A stretch of DNA of 64,000 bases from the IMG/VR virus record IMGVR_UViG_3300017917_002937, positions 1 to 64,000 of that record. One strand, 5' to 3'. Positions 19,157-27,101 of the stretch are shown piece by piece. The notes beneath the pieces are model-generated. The model searched no databases. It saw only the letters and a list, made by a program, of their open reading frames with translations, and was not told the origin of the DNA. Positions within the stretch are counted from its first letter, which is position 1; each line of letters starts with the position of its first letter. The position numbers and the translations under genes are program-made. This stretch comes from a virus.

Positions 19157-19726
19157 TTATAATAAAGGGTTATGTGAAATTCTAGTAATTTGTATTTGTT
19201 GTTCTGACTTGGTGTCAATTATTTTACTATATTTTTTAATTAGTTCTTTGTTTAATTTCCAAAAATGTTCAAATTCTATTATTAACCAATCATTGTGATT
19301 TTTTGATGTATAATATAAAAATTGGTCTGTTATCCAAGTAAGTTTACTTTGGACACACATAAATTTTCCTTTACGATTAAATTTCATAAAAAGTAAATTT
19401 AAATCTTGAGGTTCACTTACAGACATTAGTTGATCTAGCCACGCATCTAAAACTTTACAGTTTCCAGCTAACACTAGATTAAACGGAAAATCAGCATAAA
19501 ATTTACATTCGATATTCATATTACCAAAACTTTGTCCAGGTACAACATCACCCTTAAAGCTACGAATCTGACCTTCATGTAATACTTCTTTTCTTACTTG
19601 ATTTTTACCACCGACATAAGCACCACTTCCTGGAGCACGTATAAAGCTTTCGTCATAAGTATCTGTTAAGAATTTTGCAACTTCTCTCTCAAATCCTGAA
19701 CCTTTTGCTTTTTGTGGACTAGGCAT
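19157..19726 (-). CDS. Holliday-junction-resolvase-like PD-(D/E)XK nuclease
   Basis: KAKGSGFEREVA, RAPGSGA, GDVV, IECK motifs; adjacent to gp46/47. Confidence 0.75.
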   Translation of the reverse strand: MPSPQKAKGSGFEREVAKFLTDTYDESFIRAPGSGAYVGGKNQVRKEVLHEGQIRSFKGDVVPGQSFGNMNIECKFYADFPFNLVLAGNCKVLDAWLDQLMSVSEPQDLNLLFMKFNRKGKFMCVQSKLTWITDQFLYYTSKNHNDWLIIEFEHFWKLNKELIKKYSKIIDTKSEQQIQITRISHNPLL

Positions 19727-19756
19727 ATTATATTTATTTTAAAAGTATGGTATTAT

Positions 19757-19825
19757 TATAAATATTCATGCTGATGCTCCTTGATAGCTTTAGAGTGAGT
19801 GGGTATTTCCAGTACCGCGACTCAC
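19757..19825 (+). ncRNA. Candidate late-promoter-driven small two-hairpin RNA
   Basis: TATAAATA 19757-19764 with no + strand gene after it; hairpins 19771-19793 and 19795-19825; antisense to an AAGGAG-ATG mini-ORF. Confidence 0.45.
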
Positions 19826-19839
19826 AATAATTTATCAAG

Positions 19840-21816
19840 TTACTCAAGTTCAGTGCTAGTAGCATAAGTTGAAAAGCCATTTTCTTTTATTACTTTTAAA
19901 ACACTATTTACCCTCATAGCTAGTTCGTCTTTATGACTAATTAACCAAATGGACTTTTGTCTACGGCGTGACATATCTTTTAAGATACTTATAGAATTTT
20001 CCATTCCAATAGCATCCGTGCCGTTATCTAGTAACTCGTCAATAAACAATACATTAATTGGACTATATAAATTTTCCCAAACATCACGAAATGCCCAAGA
20101 CAGCGACAAAATTAATCTATTCATTTCTCCCCTTGAAAGATTATAGAAGTCCATTTCACGACCTAGTTCTGTAATTTCTACTTGTAAATCATTTTTAAAT
20201 ACAACCTGATGTGGTAATCCAATCTTATCTAAGTAATGTGTTAATCGTGAATTCAAATAACTTAAATTTTGGTCAATAATTTTCTTACGTACAAAACTAT
20301 CTTTACTTGTTAATAAATCTAATAAGAACTTTTGATGTTCCATTGTTCTAGTGATTTTATTAATCTTATCAAAATTAACTTCCTGTAATGCTTGACTTTC
20401 CATCTCATTGATTTGTTCTTGATATGGATCAGTCTCATTACTTTTATCTTCAATCTGTTTAATAATTGTTTCAATTTGACTGCTATGTTTAATAGCTTCA
20501 GCCTCAGTTTGATAATATGTGACTGGTTTATCAATCACAGTAACTGGAACTTTTATTAATTCGTCTAATTGAAACTTATAATCATCAAGTAAATTTTTAC
20601 TCTCTACCAATGAATTATATTTACTTTCTAGTACACTAGTGTGCTGTTTATCATGCAATTCATGCCCACAAGTATAACATTTGTGATCTTTTAGTGTGTT
20701 AACTTCAGTTTCTAGTTTTTTGTAATCTTTTTCTTCTTTGGCAATATCTTTTTTAAGACTTGCAACCTTACTATCATATGAGATTTTTAACAAAACTTGT
20801 TGATTATATATGGCTAAATCTTTGTGTGCTTGTAATTCTATTTCAATATCTATTTGACTTAATCTAGTATATTGAATAGCTAGATTTTCTAAATCTTCGT
20901 TATGTTTTGTTTTCCAAAGTTTTTGTCTGCGCTTAGTGCTTTCAATTTGTTCTTTAACACGCTTATTTGCTTCTTCTACGGCTTTAACACGAAATTCTTC
21001 TTGTTGGATATCATCTTTGCTCTGACGTATGAGGTCTTTAATAACATCAGCCTTTTCACTTAGTAAGGTGATACCAAGTAATTGTTCAATAATAGCACGT
21101 TGATCGTTTGCTTTAAGTGCTAAGAAGGGTTCGCTGTAAGTATTAAGGGCGACAATATGCCGAAACATATCACTAGACATATTAACAGTGCGTTCAATGA
21201 AACTCTGTGTTTCCTTGTTCTCGCCCTGTGCATCATCCTGCGTTTTCTGTAATTTATTGTCAACATAAAATTTTAGTATGTTAGGTTTACGACCACGTTC
21301 AATCTTATAGTCTGTACCATTTACGTTAAAATCTAATGTAACTAACATACCTTTACTATTGGTACGATTTACAAGATTATCCTTACGTATATTATTTATT
21401 GGTACACCAAATAATGCATAACATAACCCTTGGATTAAGGTTGTGTTATGTGACAGTATTTCGTTAGTGTAATATCTATGGTCAGGTGAATCAACGGTAA
21501 TATCGTACATGTTTTCTTCTCTAGTCGAAGAAGTAATTGTGTGTACCTTTTCAATTCCTGATGAAGTTAATATATGTGATTTATAAGGAATTAAGTTTTT
21601 TACAAATATTTCTGTAGCATTATCAGTGAAAACAATATGATCGTCAGCACATTCTAGCTGTTTTCCTGTTTCTGTTTCTATTGTCCAAACAGTATAAGGT
21701 ATTGTTTTGTGTATTTTGGAAATTGGCTTCCAACCAGTATCAGTTTCTATTTCTAAATTATTTAAATTTAGACTTTCTATGAATTTTCTTTTTACTGATT
21801 CAGAAAGTTTATGCAT
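19840..21816 (-). CDS. gp46: IntC (124 aa) fused to the C-terminal part of the recombination ATPase gp46 (SbcC/Rad50-like)
   Basis: Residues 1-124 carry intein blocks (LECADDH, MYDITV..DHRYYTN, SHN); then TTLIQGLCYALFG, Zn-hook CYTC, signature LSRGE, Walker B VLFIDE, H-loop ISH. AAGGA SD upstream of ATG 21816. Confidence 0.93.
   Translation of the reverse strand: MHKLSESVKRKFIESLNLNNLEIETDTGWKPISKIHKTIPYTVWTIETETGKQLECADDHIVFTDNATEIFVKNLIPYKSHILTSSGIEKVHTITSSTREENMYDITVDSPDHRYYTNEILSHNTTLIQGLCYALFGVPINNIRKDNLVNRTNSKGMLVTLDFNVNGTDYKIERGRKPNILKFYVDNKLQKTQDDAQGENKETQSFIERTVNMSSDMFRHIVALNTYSEPFLALKANDQRAIIEQLLGITLLSEKADVIKDLIRQSKDDIQQEEFRVKAVEEANKRVKEQIESTKRRQKLWKTKHNEDLENLAIQYTRLSQIDIEIELQAHKDLAIYNQQVLLKISYDSKVASLKKDIAKEEKDYKKLETEVNTLKDHKCYTCGHELHDKQHTSVLESKYNSLVESKNLLDDYKFQLDELIKVPVTVIDKPVTYYQTEAEAIKHSSQIETIIKQIEDKSNETDPYQEQINEMESQALQEVNFDKINKITRTMEHQKFLLDLLTSKDSFVRKKIIDQNLSYLNSRLTHYLDKIGLPHQVVFKNDLQVEITELGREMDFYNLSRGEMNRLILSLSWAFRDVWENLYSPINVLFIDELLDNGTDAIGMENSISILKDMSRRRQKSIWLISHKDELAMRVNSVLKVIKENGFSTYATSTELE
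21445..21816 (-). mobile_element. Split intein C-fragment (IntC)
   Basis: Ends His-Asn (Asn codon 21445-21447) followed by Thr+1; contains blocks B, F and G. Confidence 0.9.
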
Positions 21817-22880
21817 TTGTTGATTATTCCTTGTTTGTCTTTTTTGTATTCCGACTCCCAGATTATTAATACAGTGTACCCATCATCATTAAGTAACTTT
21901 ATTTTTTGACGGTCATGATCCCATATTTTTTCTGCGGTTGTTTTTTTTATGACATCTGTGGCTTTAAATTTGTTAGGATTGGCATGCCAATAGTCACCAT
22001 AGAACTCTATAATTTTTTTTTGTAGAACATCAATACAATCTATAGAGTATGACATATTGTTTATTCTTAATACAACCTCATTATAACCAAACTTTATATT
22101 TGGGATATTGCATTTTATGGATTCAAACAACTCAAGTGATATTTTTGAAAATCCACCATGTAATCCCGATTTTTTTAAAGAAGACAGCCATTTAATTTGT
22201 CGTTCGCTCCAAATTTGTAATCCTTTTTCTTCTCCATATTTTTCAACACATTTTTTTTGTGAAAATAAAGTTTGAGCTTCTGTAACTTTGTTTGTTGCTT
22301 CTTCTTTTGAATAGCCTCGTAACATCCAATACTCAATAGTACGATGACTATGTGCTCTTATACGGTTAACATTTCTGTTTTTTGATGCTTTCGCTCCCAT
22401 GCTATTATTAAAGTTTTTTTGATTTTGTGCCAAAAATAAGGCGATTTCATCATCGTACCCTTTATTAATCCAATATTCTTTTCTTATAGGTCTTCTAGAA
22501 TTTCTTTCAAACTCAGCCTCGGCGAATGTATATTTTTTTCCTGTTTTAGGATTAATTCTGTCTGTCCAAAAATTAATAGAGTAAGTGCTTTTTCTTACTG
22601 TTTTACTATTAATGTCCTTCATACACATTTTAGCCTTAATTTCTGCTGACAGTTCGTCCCAACCCCTACTAAGCCAATATTTTTTTCCTCCCTTACCTAC
22701 TCCAGGTAAGGTTAGCATATTTTGTCTTACAATGGCTTCACATTTTTTAACACTAGTTATGTCAACATGACATAACAATTTTTCTCTAATTGATGCCATG
22801 AGGTTAGGTTCTATGTTTTTAATAATTTCTATCAATGTTTTATCTATTATTTGGGTCAGTGTAAATTTTGGCTGCTTCAT
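21792..22880 (-). mobile_element. Free-standing Vsr-like homing endonuclease between the two split-intein halves
   Basis: C-terminal ID...KKIIEFYGDYWHANP...WDHDRQK...GYTVLIIWESEY; N-terminal YWxx(R/K)G(W/Y) repeats; GGGAGA SD; overlaps both gp46 halves in a different frame. Confidence 0.85.
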
Positions 22881-23109
22881 ATAATTCTCCCATAGTTATA
22901 GAGCATATCTCACCTGTGAGAGTGTTTCTTACTCTAACTATAGTATTTATCCCAACGCACTTACCAGTACCATTACGTGCACCGTCACCACCTAAGTCTA
23001 AGTTCTCACCTAATATTAGTGTTAACTCTTTTCTATCAAAGTTTACTGCTTGTGTGACTTGTCCAATAGACAAAAAATTACGCAAGGTTATATTTTTTAG
23101 TGTTATCAT
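22840..23109 (-). CDS. gp46: N-terminal 50 aa of gp46 fused to IntN (39 aa)
   Basis: LKNITLRNFLSIG...LILGEN...NGTGK (Walker A lacking its T/S), then CVGINTIVRVRN...ITMGELYE; ATGA overlap with the gp47 stop. Confidence 0.92.
   Translation of the reverse strand: MITLKNITLRNFLSIGQVTQAVNFDRKELTLILGENLDLGGDGARNGTGKCVGINTIVRVRNTLTGEICSITMGELYEAAKIYTDPNNR
22843..22959 (-). mobile_element. Split intein N-fragment (IntN, 39 aa)
   Basis: Cys1 codon at 22957-22959 directly after GTGK; block A pattern C(V)xxxTxV; no block B. Confidence 0.88.
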
Positions 23110-24119
23110 AGTGTGTTATAGATATCCAATAATAATTTTTTATCAAAACTATTACTTTCAATAGCGTTAATCTGATCTACGATGATTTGGTCAACGCTTT
23201 CAAATTTCAGTCCCTCAAAATTACCTTGGTCAACATTTTCTAATTTCATTGGTATTAATGTCATTTCACGTAGTTTGTATTCGGGAATAAATGTTTCACG
23301 TAGAAAGTTAGCTTCTTCATAACTTATATCAATATCTAGGTGTACCCTAACATGGCTATCAATTAATAGCAAGCCCTGTGGATTATCTAATATATCGCTA
23401 AGTTTATGTACACGGTATACAGGTTGTCTTGGCCAACTATGAAAAACAGGGTCTTTACCCCATTCTAATATCATCATACCACGTGCATCATCACCTGCGT
23501 CAGCATAATTATGCGGGAAAGCGTTACCTATATACCAAATATTTTTACGTGCTTGTCGTTTATGAAAATGTCCACTGAAAGCACTTTCAAAACCAACAAA
23601 ATGTTCTTCATTAATTTCGCCATGATCTGGCATCTCTACCATAGCATTCATATAAAAATGAGGTAATTCTAAATGTCCAAACAAATATTTACCTGACATT
23701 TTTTTGATTTTCTTGTAGTCATCCTGTACTAACCATGGACAAATAACTACATCATCTTGTTTAAAAAAATCATTAACAATGTGTACATTTGGTAAGTGAT
23801 TAGCCCATTCTACACTATGAATGTCACGACGGTCACGATAATATAAGTCATGGTTGCCTGGAATAAAATATACTTGGCTAAAGTTTTGATTTAGTTTTTC
23901 TAATGCTTTTAATCCAAATTGTAATGTTTGGATGTTTATACTAGCACGATGATGATTATAGTCACCTAAAAAGAAACAAGTATCACATTGTTCCTTTTTA
24001 GCTTTATCTATGAACCAATCAACAAAGTTAGCACAATCAATATTGTGCTGTAAACTATTTGACTTTAAACCGAAATGCACGTCGGTAAAAATTGCTGCCT
24101 TTTTAAATAAATTACTCAT
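23106..24119 (-). CDS. gp47: Recombination nuclease subunit (SbcD/Mre11-like)
   Basis: Metallophosphoesterase motifs DVHFG, LGD, GNHD, GHLE, SGHFH. Confidence 0.93.
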   Translation of the reverse strand: MSNLFKKAAIFTDVHFGLKSNSLQHNIDCANFVDWFIDKAKKEQCDTCFFLGDYNHHRASINIQTLQFGLKALEKLNQNFSQVYFIPGNHDLYYRDRRDIHSVEWANHLPNVHIVNDFFKQDDVVICPWLVQDDYKKIKKMSGKYLFGHLELPHFYMNAMVEMPDHGEINEEHFVGFESAFSGHFHKRQARKNIWYIGNAFPHNYADAGDDARGMMILEWGKDPVFHSWPRQPVYRVHKLSDILDNPQGLLLIDSHVRVHLDIDISYEEANFLRETFIPEYKLREMTLIPMKLENVDQGNFEGLKFESVDQIIVDQINAIESNSFDKKLLLDIYNTL

Positions 24120-24125
24120 TTTATA

Positions 24126-24154
24126 AGTATAACTTTAATTTTTACACAATTCAA
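24126..24154 (-). promoter_or_regulatory. Sigma70-type promoter for gp47/gp46
   Basis: Minus strand TTGAAT-17 nt-TATACT, ending 6 nt before the gp47 ATG. Confidence 0.6.
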
Positions 24155-24167
24155 AGTTATTGGTTAA

Positions 24168-25067
24168 TTATTCTTCAAAGACTGGACCTATAGATCCAAC
24201 TCCTTGTCTAGACCAAGAAGGATTTAATCCATTTATTTCTAAAATGTCATCACGTATGTTTTGATTTCGTTTTTCTGTGTTTAATACACGACAGAAACTA
24301 TTTGTTATAGCGGCAGTGTAATAAGCAAATGGGTTAGCTGACTTCGCTTCATTGAATCGTAAACCCACATATGTAAGTTGAAGTATTGCACTATTTTGCA
24401 TTTCATCTCTGTAAGTATACCCACGCCAATTATATTTCATGGCATATTTTTCACACATCATAATATACATTCTAGCCAATTTATCTGTAATTGTACCGTG
24501 TTCCTTGCTAAATTTACCAGTCTTGATACCACCTGTCCAATGACTTTTACCTACACAATAAAAACTATCATTTTCATCAATTTTGTAATGTTGAAAAGGT
24601 GGAAAATTTACTTTAACATGAACCATGTCGTCTACTTCATCTTTAGTAGTTGTATCTTCTAATTCAACAAATATATCATCTTCATCGTCTTCAAATTCAA
24701 AAATATCAATAGCGGTTCTTTTTTTATTAGTTTTCCTAGGTTGTTTAGTAGATATAGGTATATGTTCCCAAGTCATTACCCTAAACACTAAATCTGTAGT
24801 AGGTATTGATTTTGGATCTACAAGGTCTTTAGCTCCTTTTTCTAATGATAATCTTAGTGCTCTATTTTCTTTAGCCTGTTTTATAATATCACGTTTTTTT
24901 GCATATTTAAAACATTCTTCAAGTGAACTTTGCGGCATGTCAATAATTAAATCATACATATGATATTCTTTTTTAGTAAAATAACAATATGATGATTTGC
25001 TTGTGTGTATTTCTTTTAATATGTCTTTATTGTTAAGGTAGTTAACCGGTTTTTTGGAGGTACTCAT
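24168..25067 (-). CDS. gp55: Late-transcription sigma factor
   Basis: YLNNKDILKEI, NWRGYTYRDEM, FNEAKSANPFAYYT motifs; upstream of gp47/46 as in T4-like phages. Confidence 0.88.
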   Translation of the reverse strand: MSTSKKPVNYLNNKDILKEIHTSKSSYCYFTKKEYHMYDLIIDMPQSSLEECFKYAKKRDIIKQAKENRALRLSLEKGAKDLVDPKSIPTTDLVFRVMTWEHIPISTKQPRKTNKKRTAIDIFEFEDDEDDIFVELEDTTTKDEVDDMVHVKVNFPPFQHYKIDENDSFYCVGKSHWTGGIKTGKFSKEHGTITDKLARMYIMMCEKYAMKYNWRGYTYRDEMQNSAILQLTYVGLRFNEAKSANPFAYYTAAITNSFCRVLNTEKRNQNIRDDILEINGLNPSWSRQGVGSIGPVFEE

Positions 25068-25152
25068 AAAATCCTTTATTTTAATAATTATATCATAGAT
25101 GTTGTGGAGGGCACAACAATTTAATTTGTATTTGGTAAAATGATGCTATATT

Positions 25153-25166
25153 TATTTAGCTAAATA
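25153..25166. promoter_or_regulatory. Palindromic back-to-back late promoter boxes
   Basis: Perfect palindrome TATTTAGCTAAATA gives GCTAAATA on both strands between gp55 and the baseplate operon. Confidence 0.55.
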
Positions 25167-25188
25167 TATATAAGGATAATAAGACGAC

Positions 25189-26721
25189 ATGCCACAATAT
25201 ACCAGTACAGTTACTTCATCACTGGGAGTGCTAACAGTAACAACAGTTATAAACACCGAGGCGAACACCCAAACAATAACTGTTACCACTTCAGGGGGTC
25301 AGACGGCAACCGCCACTCAAACTAGTTCATCTAGACCTAATAATTCAACATTAGATAGTCTAGGAACACAATTAAGAGCAGCCGGCGCTAGAGATTTAAA
25401 CACAACAGATTTAGGAGGTGCTGTTAGGTCTAGTTATAACAAGGCAACACAGGAAGCATCAAAAGCCCAAGCCACAGCAACAGCAACTAATACAAGTGTA
25501 CCTGAAAACCCTAGTCCTCCGCCCCCTGTATCACCTCAAACTGATCCAACTGTTCCTGAATCGGTACCACTAACTAATTCACCTTTATCAGAGCCTCCTG
25601 GCGTACCAACAGATGAGTTTACAGGAGTAGAAGAAGTAATTGTAAGTAATGAAAATAGATTACAAGAACCACCGCAGCTTACAGAAGAAGAAGGTGAACA
25701 AGCATTTAGAACTTTCAATGAAGAATTTATAGAAAATGAAGAACCACCTGTAATCGATATAAATGAAGAACCATATCCTGTCGCTGATTTGGGGGAATTA
25801 GGAATTAATACTGATTTACCAACTGAAGCTGATTTAGGAGAATTAGGCATTAATACAGATCCTGCAGCAGGAGGAAGTTCTAGAGGATTAACAGGAGCTC
25901 AAATTAATGCTAGGACTGGAGCAACAGCACAGGATGAAGCTAATTTTAAACAACGTGAAGATTGGAGAGTTCGCTTAAGTTTAGCACCATCAGCAGATTA
26001 TCTTTATAAATCAAAACAGGTACAAGGTATATTACAACCACTAGCAGCAACCGATGGTATTATATTTCCATACACACCATCTATTCAGTTAACTTATGCT
26101 GCAAGTTATACAACTACTGATTTAACGCATAGTAATTATAAAATTTTTCAATACAACTATAGTTCAATTGATAACTTACAGATAACTGGTGATTTTACAG
26201 CACAAGATACATTTGAAGCTGATTATTTATTAGCTGTAATACATTTTTTAAGATCGGTAACCAAAATGTTTTATGGTCAGGATCAAAACCCTAAACCAGG
26301 AACACCTCCACCGTTATGTTATTTAAGTGGATTGGGTGCATTTCAATTTGATGCACATCCTTTAGCAGTAACAAGTTTTACTTATTCTTTACCTAGTGAT
26401 GTTGATTATATAAGAGCAGGTTCTACTACTACTCTAGCTGGGGTTAATAGAAGTTCAGGTAATACACCTATTAATGATAATTCTATTACAAACAATCGAT
26501 TGGTTGGTTTACAAAGTGGTGGACAACCTATAGGTCCACAATATCAAACCACACCAGGTGGTACAGTAGAGCCAACATATGTTCCTACAAAAATTCAAAT
26601 TAGTATAGGTTGTGTACCAATTATAAGTAGAAATGACATAAGTAATCGCTTTAGTTTGAAAGATTATGCTTCAGGAAAATTATTACGTGGATCACAAAAC
26701 AAACAAGCAGGGATATGGTAA
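25189..26721 (+). CDS. Baseplate tail-tube initiator/cap-like protein (gp48/gp54-like) with disordered N-terminal half
   Basis: C-half GIIFPYTP, HSNY, HFLRSVTKMFYG, GTPPP, VDYI; first gene of the baseplate cluster. Confidence 0.65.
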   Translation: MPQYTSTVTSSLGVLTVTTVINTEANTQTITVTTSGGQTATATQTSSSRPNNSTLDSLGTQLRAAGARDLNTTDLGGAVRSSYNKATQEASKAQATATATNTSVPENPSPPPPVSPQTDPTVPESVPLTNSPLSEPPGVPTDEFTGVEEVIVSNENRLQEPPQLTEEEGEQAFRTFNEEFIENEEPPVIDINEEPYPVADLGELGINTDLPTEADLGELGINTDPAAGGSSRGLTGAQINARTGATAQDEANFKQREDWRVRLSLAPSADYLYKSKQVQGILQPLAATDGIIFPYTPSIQLTYAASYTTTDLTHSNYKIFQYNYSSIDNLQITGDFTAQDTFEADYLLAVIHFLRSVTKMFYGQDQNPKPGTPPPLCYLSGLGAFQFDAHPLAVTSFTYSLPSDVDYIRAGSTTTLAGVNRSSGNTPINDNSITNNRLVGLQSGGQPIGPQYQTTPGGTVEPTYVPTKIQISIGCVPIISRNDISNRFSLKDYASGKLLRGSQNKQAGIW

Positions 26722-27032
26722 TGGCAAATAACGATTTATACCCTAGAACAAGTCCTTATTATAATACAGGTATTGAAAATGGTAAATTTTTAGATATAAT
26801 GATTAATAGACCTATACCCATTGTAAGTAGTGATGTATATTGGAATATACAAAGAGTTTATGAATATAGACCTGATTTGTTGGCATATGATTTGTATGCG
26901 GATAGTAGATTATGGTGGGTGTTTGCACAACGTAATCCTAATAGACTTAAAGACCCGTATTTTGATTTTGTAACAGGTTTAGGAATTTATATTCCAAAGT
27001 TAGATACTATTAAACAAGTATTAGGAATATAA
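26721..27032 (+). CDS. gp53: Baseplate wedge protein (gp53-like, LysM-like)
   Basis: YEYRPDLLAYDLYADSRLWWVFAQRN; likely start ATG 26721 coupled to the previous stop (TAATG). Confidence 0.8.
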   Translation: MANNDLYPRTSPYYNTGIENGKFLDIMINRPIPIVSSDVYWNIQRVYEYRPDLLAYDLYADSRLWWVFAQRNPNRLKDPYFDFVTGLGIYIPKLDTIKQVLGI

Positions 27033-27101
27033 TGGCTATCATAAAAGAAAAACAAACTAACGGTATTTCAAATAAGTTATACTTAATAATAGAGTTAATT
27101 A

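Noticed and set aside
18825-19298. 157-aa + strand ORF
   Set aside because: GTG start without SD, Cys/Ser-rich atypical composition, overlaps the resolvase antisense and the structured element.
21792-22959. gp46 as a pseudogene or a frameshifted contiguous intein
   Set aside because: All three ORFs have plausible translation starts, catalytic motifs are intact, and two compensating errors would be needed. Read-level confirmation is still advisable.
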